A DNA stretch of 64,000 nt from Anaerolineae bacterium (GTDB lineage: Bacteria; Chloroflexota; Anaerolineae; UBA1429): the NCBI GenBank assembly GCA_963675785.1, contig OY776562.1, positions 2,656,001 to 2,720,000 on the forward strand, written 5' to 3'. Position numbers and translations under genes: made by a program. The notes under the pieces are model-generated. The model was given only the letters and a program-made list of their open reading frames with translations, made no database searches and was not told the DNA's origin. Of the stretch, positions 22,238-32,221 are shown one piece after another (the first letter of the stretch is position 1; each line of letters begins with the position of its first letter).

Positions 22238-24529
22238 ATGGAGAATTCAACAATCATAGAATCTGAAAGCCTTATGAAGGAAAAACTGAGCAAGATTGCA
22301 GTCGAGCATTGGGCGATTATCGCCATCACTGTCATCTTTTTGATCCTTGGAACTATTTACAATTTGACGACCCCCATCTTTGAGGCGCCGGATGAGACCT
22401 CGCATTATCGATACATTCAGTATCTGGCCGACGGCAATGGACTCCCGCCGCTCCAAGTAGCTGATAACGATGTGGAACAGGGCGAAATGCACCACCCTCC
22501 GCTCTACTATTGGCTCAATAGCCTGTTGATACGAAGCATCAATACGGGCGACATTGATGATGCCTACCAAACCAACCCTTATGCCGTCCTCGGCGATGCC
22601 AGCACGCTGGCTAACAAGAACGCCATCATCCATTCAGCCGATGAATCCTGGCCCTATGAGGGGGTAACGCTCGCCGTCCATCGCATCCGTGCTTTTTCCA
22701 CACTCCTCTTTGCCATCACCGTTGTATTGACCTATCTCATCGCCCTACAGGTGATGCCGCATCGCAAAGTCGTAGCTGTTGGGGCAGCAGCTCTGGTAGC
22801 TTTTAACCCGCAGTTCATCTTTATTGGGGCCAGTATTTCTAACGATACCCTGGCAACCATGCTGGCAGCAGTCTCTCTCTATCTGGCCTTGCGCGTCTGT
22901 TGCGGCAAAGGCCAGACATATCGCACGCCTATCATCATAGGCATCGTCGTAGGGCTCGCGGCGCTTACCAAGGTTAACGCCGCCACCGTAGCACTGCTCG
23001 TTCCCGCTGGATACCTGGGTTTTTATGTTGCCAAACCCCAACACCGTTCGTGGCCTGACCTGTTCCGGCCAGTTCTTATCGCCGCCATCACCGCCATCGC
23101 CGTAGGCGGCTGGTGGTACATTCGCAACGGCATCCTTTATGGCGACCCAACCGGTATGGGCGTCATGAAAGAGGTCTTTGGCGTCCAAGCCGAGAATATT
23201 TCGCTTATCACAACGCTCCGCTATATGGCTGAATCTATCACCAGCTATTGGGGCGTTTTTGGCTGGCTCAACGTCAAAGCCGATGAAGCCTATTACGTCT
23301 TTGTCCGTGTCTTCTCTATCATGGGTTTTGCTGGATTGCTCCTCGCTGGTGTTTGGTTGGCCTGGCGCAAGCAAAATATGCAAGAGCGCAACTGGCGGGG
23401 TGCTCTCCTCGTCGGCTTTTGGGCTCTGGTCATGCTCTTGGCCGTGGGATACTTTACAATGACCATTACCCGCCAGCAGGGTCGGCACCTTTTCCCGGCA
23501 GCTCCAGGCATCGCCCTACTGCTTATGATCGGCGTTCTGGCCTGGGTGCCCAGACGCTATGAGAATATGACCGTAGGGGTCATTGCGCTCATCTTTTTGG
23601 GCGTCTCGATCATTACGCCCATTCGCTATATTGCCCCAGCCTACGAAACGCCAACCATCGTCACACTGGATGAGGTTCCAGAGGATATCAACCCGCTGAA
23701 TGTCTCTTTTGGCGATGGCATGTTCCTGCTTGGTTACGACATCCCGCAAACAACGGTCACTGCCGGTAACGTGCTGCCCATTCGCCTGTATTGGGTGTGT
23801 ACAGACCTCATCGATAAAGATCTAACTATCAGCATCAAGGCCTTTGGTCTCGATGAACAAGAACTAGGAACTTTGGATACCTTCCCCGGCGGTGGTAACT
23901 ATGTTACTAGTCAATGGGTGCCCGGCCAGGTCATTTACGACGATTATTTCCTGCTCATCGACAAAGATCTTGAACTGCCCACCGCAGCACCAATCCGCGT
24001 CGGCGTTTATGATCGAGAAACCATGGAGTCTGTCGAGGTGATAGACTCGCGCGGCAAGAGCCTGGGAAACAGCGTACAAATCGCCCGAGCCCGTTTGCTG
24101 CCCATAGAAGAGCCTCCTGTTGAGGCTCAATACCTGGCTGATGCCAACTTTGCCGATCTGATTGCGCTGGATGGCTATGACTTTACCTCAGTACCCATCG
24201 ACGGTCAGTGGGAGTTGACGCTGCACTGGCGTGCCTTGGCAGCACTGGATCAGGACTATACGGTGTTCGTGCATGTTCTCGACCAATCCGAAGAGTTGAT
24301 TGCGCAGCTTGATGAGCAGCCTCTGCAGGCTAGCTATCCCACTAGTTTCTGGGAACAGGGAGAGAATGTGCTCGATACGCACTATATCAGCGTGCCAGAA
24401 GACTTTATGGACGATTATTACACCGTGCGTGTGGGATTATATCTGGTTGATACAGGCGAACGCCTCGTCATTGCCGAGGACTCGCTAACCTATACGGATC
24501 TTGGCCCACTGCTCCTGAACAAGGAATAA
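22238..24529 (+). CDS. GT-C fold glycosyltransferase, paralog of the preceding gene
   Basis: PIFEAPDE.SH, HPPLYY, ISND, WWYIRN, QGRHLFP; same domain layout. Confidence 0.8.
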   Translation: MENSTIIESESLMKEKLSKIAVEHWAIIAITVIFLILGTIYNLTTPIFEAPDETSHYRYIQYLADGNGLPPLQVADNDVEQGEMHHPPLYYWLNSLLIRSINTGDIDDAYQTNPYAVLGDASTLANKNAIIHSADESWPYEGVTLAVHRIRAFSTLLFAITVVLTYLIALQVMPHRKVVAVGAAALVAFNPQFIFIGASISNDTLATMLAAVSLYLALRVCCGKGQTYRTPIIIGIVVGLAALTKVNAATVALLVPAGYLGFYVAKPQHRSWPDLFRPVLIAAITAIAVGGWWYIRNGILYGDPTGMGVMKEVFGVQAENISLITTLRYMAESITSYWGVFGWLNVKADEAYYVFVRVFSIMGFAGLLLAGVWLAWRKQNMQERNWRGALLVGFWALVMLLAVGYFTMTITRQQGRHLFPAAPGIALLLMIGVLAWVPRRYENMTVGVIALIFLGVSIITPIRYIAPAYETPTIVTLDEVPEDINPLNVSFGDGMFLLGYDIPQTTVTAGNVLPIRLYWVCTDLIDKDLTISIKAFGLDEQELGTLDTFPGGGNYVTSQWVPGQVIYDDYFLLIDKDLELPTAAPIRVGVYDRETMESVEVIDSRGKSLGNSVQIARARLLPIEEPPVEAQYLADANFADLIALDGYDFTSVPIDGQWELTLHWRALAALDQDYTVFVHVLDQSEELIAQLDEQPLQASYPTSFWEQGENVLDTHYISVPEDFMDDYYTVRVGLYLVDTGERLVIAEDSLTYTDLGPLLLNKE

Positions 24530-24542
24530 GCCGGTCACTCTG

Positions 24543-27011
24543 ATGAAAACAGATAACACCGCTCTGCGTGTCTATCATGTCGCTTTGGTGGCCCTCATCT
24601 TGCTCTCCTTGGGAGCAAGCTTTTGGGGTATCAGCGACAAAGGGCTTTGGTGGGATGAAAGCCTGAGCCTCCATCGTGCCCAGCATAACCTCTCATATAT
24701 CCTGAGCGGTCACATCGATTTTGGCGACACACAGACTATTGATCAGCATCCTCCGCTGTATTTCATTCTTCTCTCGGGTGTTACTCGTCTTTTTGGCGAA
24801 AGCGACACCGCCCTGAGAAGCCTATCGGCCGTCTTTGCCGCACTTTCTGTCTGGCTGTTGGCCCTGTTGGGCACAGAAATCGCCAATCGAAGGGTAGGAC
24901 TGCTGGCAGCTTTGCTGGGCACTCTATCGCCACTCTATCTCTGGTATGCCCAAGAAGCACGTATGTACACCATGCTGGTGTTCATCACACTGCTTGCAAC
25001 CCTTGCGCTGATACGCGCCTGCAAACGGCGTAGCCTCAAATGGCTCGTTCTTTACGGCCTAGCCACAGTCGCCGGAATTTTCACCCAATACATGTACGTC
25101 TTGATCATCCCGGCACAAGTTCTAGCCGGTCTGCTGCTCATGGGTGACATCAAACCACTTGATCTCAAATCACGCAGACCACGCCACTTTACCTTTATCA
25201 TGGCCATTACATCGGCGCTTGTCGTCTTTGGCCTGGTTCTCGTCTACCTCCAAGTTTCCTCCGTGGTAGAACTAGCCGGGACCGGCAGGTCCTATGTTTT
25301 GCCTCATACCATTCTGATCGATGCGCTGCATTCCAGTCTATACGGGCTGGCTATACATCCCCAAATAGTGATGGCTATTACCATCCTTGCAGGAGCAGCC
25401 ATCATCCTAGGCATCTATAGCCTATCCCGATCCAATGAGGTCGAATCACCAGCCTGCCGACGCGGCCTGCAAGCCTTGTTCATCCTCTGGCTAATAACGC
25501 CAGCACTTGGCTTTTGGATCTACTCACTGCTGTTCGGCCCCGTTTACATGGGCAGCCGCTACGTGATCACCTGTTCACCCGCTATCTATCTCACCATTGC
25601 CCTGGCTGTCGATTATCTCAACCAAAAGACACGTTGGACGGGATGGCTGGTACTGGGCGTCATTATCGCTGGCATGGCTTATGCCACCTACAACTATCGT
25701 TGTGCACCCGAATATGCCGCCAAAGAAGACCATAGAAGTGCGGCACTCTATGTAATGGCAGAGGAGCGTCCTGGGGATTGTATCATCCTGGATGCCCCAG
25801 AGAATTGGGATGCCTTTATGCATTATTACGAGGGCGACTTGCCGGTGATCCCCTTACCCTCAGAGGTCATGAGCGGAGATCCCGATGCCGAACACCTGGC
25901 ACTCGAACTGCAAGAGCTGGTGGAAACCGCCGGCTATACGCGCTTTTGGTTGGTTGAGGGTCGTACCATGTACTCTGATCCCGACCTGCTGGTGCAGACC
26001 TGGTTGGATGACAACCTGCTCCTTCTCGGGGAGATTTTCTTTCCCAGCTCAGGCTCTACCATCACTGTGCAAAGTTATGCTCCTGCTCCCGAGGTGGGCA
26101 CTATCGAAGGGAATGTTGAGGCACTCGTTACCTGGGATTCGCGTCTGGCCCTGTTAGAACAGAATATTCGTTATCAGGTCGTCTATGGCAGTATCAATGT
26201 CACCGAGACCTCTCTGCAAGGCGAGAGTTCTCCGGCCATCGAATCCGACGAATCGATCGTGGTGAGTTGGCAGTTGGCCGTGCTAGACTCGCTAGATGAC
26301 TATAAAGTCTCGTTGCGTCTTACTGACGAACGCGGCGTACTGTGGACACAATCCGATCGCCTTCCCTATCTTTATCTGCCGACCTCGCAATGGATCCCGG
26401 GCTCTATCATGCAACTAGAACAGGATGTACGCATCCCTGCGGGCACGCCCCCAGGCATCTATACCTTGACTGCTGTGATCTATGATGCTGCAAGCGGGAG
26501 GCCGCTCAGTGCAGAAGATGCAGCTACAGGCATAACGACCTTTGAACTCGATCTTGGGCAAATCCAGATTGTAGCCAACCCTACCGCTTCATCGACACTC
26601 CCAGATACGATTACGCAACCTAGCAAGACTTGGCATTTTGATGCACTCGATCTGGAAGGATGGCAAGTGGCCTGGTTGGACGGAGAAGCGGTAGATACGA
26701 TCGCCGTAGATCTGTATTGGCGCGCAGGAGAGGATACAGACGGCGAGCAAGAAGTAATCTTTACCCTGACTAATAATCGCGGTATGGAAATTTACAGCAC
26801 CAGCGACACCCTGACCAGCCAACCAGCTTTTGCACTGCAAGAGGGCCAACAGGTGCTGGGCAAACTGCAATTCGAGCTGCCCGCCGACACAGACCCCGAC
26901 GGTCTATCGCTTTCTTTGGCCTTGCAGGACAGCCAAGGAAATGTCATCCCTGCTACACGGGGGCTATTCTCTTCGTCACAAGAGGCTGTCGAACTCGCTA
27001 TCTGGCCCTAA
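24543..27011 (+). CDS. GT-C fold (GT39/PMT_2-like) glycosyltransferase
   Basis: LWWDE, DQHPPLYF, YAQEARMY motifs; many TM helices; soluble C-terminal region. Confidence 0.82.
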   Translation: MKTDNTALRVYHVALVALILLSLGASFWGISDKGLWWDESLSLHRAQHNLSYILSGHIDFGDTQTIDQHPPLYFILLSGVTRLFGESDTALRSLSAVFAALSVWLLALLGTEIANRRVGLLAALLGTLSPLYLWYAQEARMYTMLVFITLLATLALIRACKRRSLKWLVLYGLATVAGIFTQYMYVLIIPAQVLAGLLLMGDIKPLDLKSRRPRHFTFIMAITSALVVFGLVLVYLQVSSVVELAGTGRSYVLPHTILIDALHSSLYGLAIHPQIVMAITILAGAAIILGIYSLSRSNEVESPACRRGLQALFILWLITPALGFWIYSLLFGPVYMGSRYVITCSPAIYLTIALAVDYLNQKTRWTGWLVLGVIIAGMAYATYNYRCAPEYAAKEDHRSAALYVMAEERPGDCIILDAPENWDAFMHYYEGDLPVIPLPSEVMSGDPDAEHLALELQELVETAGYTRFWLVEGRTMYSDPDLLVQTWLDDNLLLLGEIFFPSSGSTITVQSYAPAPEVGTIEGNVEALVTWDSRLALLEQNIRYQVVYGSINVTETSLQGESSPAIESDESIVVSWQLAVLDSLDDYKVSLRLTDERGVLWTQSDRLPYLYLPTSQWIPGSIMQLEQDVRIPAGTPPGIYTLTAVIYDAASGRPLSAEDAATGITTFELDLGQIQIVANPTASSTLPDTITQPSKTWHFDALDLEGWQVAWLDGEAVDTIAVDLYWRAGEDTDGEQEVIFTLTNNRGMEIYSTSDTLTSQPAFALQEGQQVLGKLQFELPADTDPDGLSLSLALQDSQGNVIPATRGLFSSSQEAVELAIWP

Positions 27012-27016
27012 TGCTT

Positions 27017-27496
27017 TCAGGGAACGGCAATCTCAGCCAACTGGGCGCCTGTTATCTCGATGAATCCGGCAATCGGCACCTCCAGATTGATGCCGCGCTG
27101 CCCGGCGCTCATCAGAATGCGTTCATAATTACGAGCAGAAGAGTCCAAAAAGATACGCCAGCCCCTTTGCATCAGCGCCAACGAGGATATGCCGCCAACT
27201 TTGAGACCAGTCAGCTGCTCCGCTTCTTTGTGACTGGCCATACCGAGTTTTTTCTCAGAGGCAGCCCGAGCCAATGCTTTGAGATCAAGCTCGCGATCGC
27301 CAGGAATGACAGCCAACACCGGTCTGCCCTGCATAGGCAGCACAACTAACGTCTTGAATACACGTCCTGGCTCAATGCTCAAGGCCTCGGCAACCTCAGT
27401 GGCTGAATGCAGTGCTTTATCGTAATACCGAGCCTCATAGTCGACTTTGTGCTGCTCTAGAAAGCGCATCGAGTTCAGTTTTTTTTCTTTGGCCAC
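27017..27496 (-). CDS. ybaK: YbaK/EbsC aminoacyl-tRNA deacylase
   Basis: VFKTLV, LDLKALA, TGLKVGGISS, SAGQRG; GTG 27496 follows GAGGAGG. Confidence 0.88.
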   Translation of the reverse strand: MAKEKKLNSMRFLEQHKVDYEARYYDKALHSATEVAEALSIEPGRVFKTLVVLPMQGRPVLAVIPGDRELDLKALARAASEKKLGMASHKEAEQLTGLKVGGISSLALMQRGWRIFLDSSARNYERILMSAGQRGINLEVPIAGFIEITGAQLAEIAVP

Positions 27497-27554
27497 ATCC
27501 CACCTCCTCAATCAACCAAAGTCCAGTATACACAGGAACGTCCTGGTGTGCATC

Positions 27555-27583
27555 TTGACGCTCTAGGTAGCTCGCCTTATCAT
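27555..27583 (+). promoter_or_regulatory. Sigma70-type promoter for the mvk-headed operon
   Basis: TTGACG, 17 nt, TATCAT; ATG 27593 follows 9 nt later. Confidence 0.6.
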
Positions 27584-27592
27584 CGAGTCGTC

Positions 27593-28561
27593 ATGTTGAA
27601 TGAAAAAAGCTATTCCGCAGATGCCCCCAGCAAGGCTATCCTCCTCGGCGAGCACGCCGTGGTATATGGCCAGTCAGCCCTTGCTGTTCCTATTAGCAGC
27701 ATTCGCGCCCATGCCGAAATTGCTAGTGTAAATCCGGGCATACGCGTACATGCCTTGGATATGGCCCGAACTATCGAGCTCGACTCTCTCCCACGGGATC
27801 CGGGCGACTTGGCTCTCTATACCGCCGTTCATGTCGCTCTGCAAGCTCTGGGTATCGATCCTGCCAGTGCTGCGATGGATATTGCCATTCATTCGGATAT
27901 CCCTATCGCCAGCGGCATGGGCAGCGGAGCCGCCATCGCCACAGCCATCATCCGGGCTATTTACGCCTGGCATGGGCAGGCTATCGAGGCCGATGCCGTT
28001 TCAGCCATGGTCTATGAGAGCGAGACGGTACTCCACGGCAAACCGAGCGGTATCGATAACACCGTCATTGCCCATGAAAAGCCCATCCTTTTTTCGCGTA
28101 GCGAAGGCCTAAGGCCCATCACCATTGCCCTGCCATTGAGTCTGCTTGTAGCCTATACAGGCATTCCCTCTAGAACACGAGATGCTGTGCTGGATGTGCA
28201 ACACGCCTGGCAGAATCGACGTAAAGAATATGACGCCTACTTTGATGCCATCGGCACGCTTGTTCTGGAGGCGCTGACCTGCCTACGCAAAGGTGATAGG
28301 GTAAACCTTGGGCAGCTCATGCTGGAAAACCACCATCTGCTGCAAAAGTTGGATGTCTCTTGCCCAACGCTGGATGCGTTGGTACAAGCTGCTATGAATG
28401 CCGGCGCTTTGGGTGCCAAAATGTCGGGTGGAGGACGCGGCGGCATCATGATTGTCCTGGCCTGGCCAGATGATGTAGCGAACATAAGCCAAGCGCTCAC
28501 TCAAGCAGGGGCCCAACAGGTTTTCCGAACCACTGTAGCACCAACTGGAGCCAGGTCATGA
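27593..28561 (+). CDS. mvk: Mevalonate kinase
   Basis: APSKAILLGEHAVVYG, PIASGMGSGAA (GHMP ATP loop), HGKPSGIDN, GAKMSGGGRGG. Confidence 0.9.
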   Translation: MLNEKSYSADAPSKAILLGEHAVVYGQSALAVPISSIRAHAEIASVNPGIRVHALDMARTIELDSLPRDPGDLALYTAVHVALQALGIDPASAAMDIAIHSDIPIASGMGSGAAIATAIIRAIYAWHGQAIEADAVSAMVYESETVLHGKPSGIDNTVIAHEKPILFSRSEGLRPITIALPLSLLVAYTGIPSRTRDAVLDVQHAWQNRRKEYDAYFDAIGTLVLEALTCLRKGDRVNLGQLMLENHHLLQKLDVSCPTLDALVQAAMNAGALGAKMSGGGRGGIMIVLAWPDDVANISQALTQAGAQQVFRTTVAPTGARS

Positions 28562-29667
28562 TCATCGGCATCGATGCCAGTCGCACCACCAGCGGCGAGC
28601 GAACGGGGACCGAGCAATATTCGCTCCATTTGATCCGTGCCATGCTCAAGCTGGATCAGAAAAGCCGATTCCGGCTCTATTGTCGGGACGAACCGCCCGT
28701 AGACCTTTTTGAACAGAGTGAACGAACAGAATATCGTGTGATCCCCTTTCCGCGATTGTGGACCCATATCCGCCTTTCGTGGGAAATGGCCGTCAATCCG
28801 CCAGATGTTCTCTTTGTGCCGTCGCACGTATTGCCGCTCATCCATCCCAAGAATTCGGTGAGCACCGTGCATGATCTGGGATACATTCATTACCCACAGG
28901 CGCATACGCGTTCATCGCGCCTTTACCTGGATTGGTCGACGCGTTACAACGCCAAGCACTCGCGGCAGGTTATCGCCGACTCTGAGGCAACGCGTCAGGA
29001 TTTGATCAAGCTCTACGGAACAGAGAGTAACAAGATCACCGTAGCTTACCCTGCCGGACAAAGAGGGTTGGTTCCTGTCACAGACAACGCTATACTTGAA
29101 CAAGTACAGCAGCGTTACGGTACGGGTGATCGTTACTTTATCTATGTGGGCACATTGCAACCGCGCAAGAATTTGGGAACCCTGATTCGCGCCTTTGCCG
29201 CCATCGCCAACCACGATGAAATGCACTCAATACGTTTGGTACTGGTCGGGCGCAAGGGTTGGCTCTATGAGGATATTCTAGCACTGGCCCACGATGTAAA
29301 GGTGTCGGATCGGATCGTGTTCACGGGATACATCGACCAACAAGACCTTGCACCGCTTTTGAGCGGTGCGCTGGCCTTTGTGATGCCCAGCTGGTATGAG
29401 GGATTTGGCCTGCCCCTGCTGGAGGCTATGACCTGTGAAACGCCCATTATCTGTTCGAACGTCTCGTCGCTGCCCGAGGTTGTAGGTGACGCAGCCATCA
29501 CCTTTGATCCTGCCGATCAAGGAGCACTCGAAAGAGCCTTGTTGCGCATCACTGTCGACCCTGCTCTACGAGAAAACTTGATTTCCCAAGGGCTAGAGCG
29601 AGTGCAGGCTTTTACCTGGGAATCCTGTGCCCGTACAGTTCTCGAGGTATTGCATGGCAACGATTGA
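28558..29667 (+). CDS. Glycosyltransferase family 4 (MtfB-like)
   Basis: [42 protein letters not shown]. Confidence 0.92.
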   Translation: MIIGIDASRTTSGERTGTEQYSLHLIRAMLKLDQKSRFRLYCRDEPPVDLFEQSERTEYRVIPFPRLWTHIRLSWEMAVNPPDVLFVPSHVLPLIHPKNSVSTVHDLGYIHYPQAHTRSSRLYLDWSTRYNAKHSRQVIADSEATRQDLIKLYGTESNKITVAYPAGQRGLVPVTDNAILEQVQQRYGTGDRYFIYVGTLQPRKNLGTLIRAFAAIANHDEMHSIRLVLVGRKGWLYEDILALAHDVKVSDRIVFTGYIDQQDLAPLLSGALAFVMPSWYEGFGLPLLEAMTCETPIICSNVSSLPEVVGDAAITFDPADQGALERALLRITVDPALRENLISQGLERVQAFTWESCARTVLEVLHGND

Positions 29668-30424
29668 TACGCTCGCTGACATAGAGAACATTCCTTCCAT
29701 TCGCATACTCGGCGTGCGCGTTAACCGGCTGACCACGACCGAATTCATGAGGCTAGTGGATACGTATATCGTCTCGGGCCAGCCGCACCAGATTGCTACG
29801 GTGAACCCCGAGTTTGTGATGGAGGCGCGACACAATCAACCGTTTGCCAAGGTGTTGGAGACTGCCGACCTGGCCCCGGCCGATGGTGCCGGGCTTGTGT
29901 GGGCCTCGAAATATCTGAGGCAGGCTTTGCCAGAACGTATCGCCGGTTCGGACGCTGTACCGCTTTTGGCCGAACATTCTGCCGAACGTGGCTATCGCCT
30001 TTTTCTGCTGGGGGCTGCGCCTGGCATTGCCGCCCGTACAGCACAGATGCTACAAGAGCGTTATCCTGGATTGTTGATTGTGGGCACCTATGCGGGTTCA
30101 CCGGCACCGGAAGAAGAAGACGTCATCGTAAATATGGTGCGCCAGGCCAAACCTGATATTCTATTTGTAGCTTATGGTGCTCCCAAGCAAGATCTGTGGA
30201 TTGCGCGGAACAAGGAACGTCTCGATGTCCCGGTTTGCATGGGCGTAGGAGGAGCGTTCGACTTTATCACCGGCGTGGCCAAAAGGGCACCCTTGTGGAT
30301 GCGCCGGATAGGGCTTGAATGGCTGCACAGATTGATCCACCAGCCCTGGCGGTGGAAGAGAATGTCTGTGTTACCCGTGTTTGTCTGGCTGGTGCTTTGC
30401 CAGCGTTTCAGAGGGGGAAAATAG
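29654..30424 (+). CDS. WecB/TagA/CpsF-family glycosyltransferase (GT26)
   Basis: TVNPE, ADGAG, RIAGSD, GAPKQD, GVGGAFDF, RAP.W....GLEWLHRL..QPWRW.R. Confidence 0.93.
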   Translation: MATIDTLADIENIPSIRILGVRVNRLTTTEFMRLVDTYIVSGQPHQIATVNPEFVMEARHNQPFAKVLETADLAPADGAGLVWASKYLRQALPERIAGSDAVPLLAEHSAERGYRLFLLGAAPGIAARTAQMLQERYPGLLIVGTYAGSPAPEEEDVIVNMVRQAKPDILFVAYGAPKQDLWIARNKERLDVPVCMGVGGAFDFITGVAKRAPLWMRRIGLEWLHRLIHQPWRWKRMSVLPVFVWLVLCQRFRGGK

Positions 30425-30427
30425 AGC

Positions 30428-32191
30428 ATGCGACGCTTTTTGTCCATCCTGATTGCTGTAATGTTTTTGGTAACATTGTTTGCGATGCCCGTCAGTGCCA
30501 GCGATCCCATCAGCATTGATGAAGCCAGCTATTATGTCGTGGTGCTGAACGATGGTCGACTGGACGTAACCTACAAGCTCACCTTTACCGAACTAGAAGG
30601 TGGCCGAGAGCTGTTTCATGCCGTAGGACGCTTTCCTGATTATCACGAGATCACCGAAGCCAGTGGCGAAGGACCCAATGGTACTTTTGCCATCAGCTTT
30701 CAGGAAACAGACATGCCTGATCAGGAACCCTGGCCTTATTTCAAGCAAGTCAACTTTGGTGACCCCACAGTCAAGGGTGAACAATACACCATCACCATTC
30801 GCTATGAGATAACGCGCTCGGTTTTCGAATCAACCACTTACAATAACATGGATTATGTCGCCATTGGCTTTGGCACTCTCCAGTGGTCACTGCCCATTGC
30901 CACGGAATACATCGATTTCATTCTGCCCATTGAGCTGGATGCCAGCATTCTAGAACCAGAGCAGGTGACTGATGACGTGGTCAATGCCGCAGGTTTTGTC
31001 AGCGGCGACACTTCTTCCTTTGATCGCTGGGTATTTTATCCCACACCGGATGAAGAGACGGGCAAAGTTTGGCTGTCGCTCCGCGTTCAGCAGAATAATG
31101 TGCCTGCCGAGGGCAAACTTGTACCCCAGTTTTACCTACCAGCGGGGGATATTACTACAACAATCCTCACACCCATTCCCATCGAAGGTTCGACAGACGC
31201 CGCCAACGCCGCAGCCACGGCTACGGCCAGACCTACTCCTACACCACAAGGCATTGTCGGCTATCTCAGTGAGGCCAGCGATGCCTTGTGCTGCACTGGC
31301 ATTCCGATTGCCCTCCTGGTCGTTGGCCTGATCATCTGGGCAGCACGCAAGCGCAAGCCTAATCTTGGTTATGAACCACCCGAGATCGAAGTAGAAACTT
31401 TCCAGACTCCCGGCGTAGTGCCGGATATGAATGCCATCGAAACGGCTTTTTACATGAACAACTCGGCCAAGACCATCACCCTTATCGTCATGAGCCTGGA
31501 ACGTAAGGGCGTGGTCAACATCCTGAACCGCGTCCCCTTGCAGCTCGAAGTGCTACAAGAGAATGCCGAGGTCGAATCCTACGAAAAGGCCCTCTTGGGC
31601 ATCATCCAAGAAGATGGCACTCTAGATAAAGCGCGTATCCAAGAGGTACTGGCCGCAGTGGCTGCTGTAGTGCAACCCAAGCTGTGGAACGCTGATCCTG
31701 CCAAAACTCGCGAAACCTATCAGCAGCGCATCGATGGTGCCTGGGATAATTATGAACGCGAATGGCGCCGCACGACAGGCCCTATCTATCGCCCCGTGAT
31801 GACCGACTGGGTACTGTTGAGTGGTCGCAATTACGGTTCGCCCATGCCCTCCGGCAATTCGAACGATCGTGGTGGCTCTAGCACGCCAGGGCCGTTAGTT
31901 CAATCGGCTCAGGCTGCCATTGCCCCCATCGAAGCGATGGCTACCGATATATCAACAAGCATCGAGCAGAGCATCAACGGCACTATTGATCGCGTCGAAG
32001 GGCTTTTTGGCGGCGGAGATGCCGCAGCTGCTGCAGGACAAGCCTGCCACAGTGCTTGCCACAGCGCCTGCGTACACGATGCTTGCCATAGTGCTTGCGT
32101 GCATGATGCTTGCCACAGTGCCTGCCATAGCGCCTGTGTGCATAGCGCTTGCCACAGTGCCTGTCATAGCGCCTGCGTAAGCCGTGTCTAG
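30428..32191 (+). CDS. DUF2207-like single-pass membrane protein with a C-terminal Cys/His repeat tail (candidate radical-SAM substrate)
   Basis: Signal peptide; ISID...VVLNDGRLDVTYKLTF N-terminus resembling DUF2207; TM at about residues 286-306 followed by RKRK; ITLIVMSLERKGVVNI helix; ends (AC[V]H[S/D])10-ACVSRV. The DUF2207 resemblance is by eye only. Confidence 0.75.
   Translation: MRRFLSILIAVMFLVTLFAMPVSASDPISIDEASYYVVVLNDGRLDVTYKLTFTELEGGRELFHAVGRFPDYHEITEASGEGPNGTFAISFQETDMPDQEPWPYFKQVNFGDPTVKGEQYTITIRYEITRSVFESTTYNNMDYVAIGFGTLQWSLPIATEYIDFILPIELDASILEPEQVTDDVVNAAGFVSGDTSSFDRWVFYPTPDEETGKVWLSLRVQQNNVPAEGKLVPQFYLPAGDITTTILTPIPIEGSTDAANAAATATARPTPTPQGIVGYLSEASDALCCTGIPIALLVVGLIIWAARKRKPNLGYEPPEIEVETFQTPGVVPDMNAIETAFYMNNSAKTITLIVMSLERKGVVNILNRVPLQLEVLQENAEVESYEKALLGIIQEDGTLDKARIQEVLAAVAAVVQPKLWNADPAKTRETYQQRIDGAWDNYEREWRRTTGPIYRPVMTDWVLLSGRNYGSPMPSGNSNDRGGSSTPGPLVQSAQAAIAPIEAMATDISTSIEQSINGTIDRVEGLFGGGDAAAAAGQACHSACHSACVHDACHSACVHDACHSACHSACVHSACHSACHSACVSRV
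32042..32188 (+). repeat. Coding tandem repeat, 11 units of 12-18 nt encoding AC(V)H(S/D)
   Basis: ACHS ACHS ACVHD ACHS ACVHD ACHS ACHS ACVHS ACHS ACHS ACVSRV: 11 Cys and 10 His in 49 aa, with mixed synonymous codons. Confidence 0.95.
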
Positions 32192-32221
32192 TCGTAAGAA
32201 AATACCTGGAAAGGCTATTTC

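Noticed and set aside
15724-23488. Long antisense ORFs such as 15724-16266, 17417-17950 and 22745-23488
   Set aside because: They lie opposite well-supported genes and show no recognisable motifs, as expected for antisense shadows at this GC content.
31920-32180. Alternative-frame ORFs over the repeat (31920-32180 + and 31952-32167 -)
   Set aside because: They are shadows of the repeat: nucleotide variation is mostly synonymous in the Cys/His frame, and they have no RBS.
32042-32191. His-Xaa-Ser (HxsA-type) repeat system
   Set aside because: The units are H-S-A or H-D-A built around Cys, not H-x-S triplets, and only one rSAM is present rather than the HxsB/HxsC pair.
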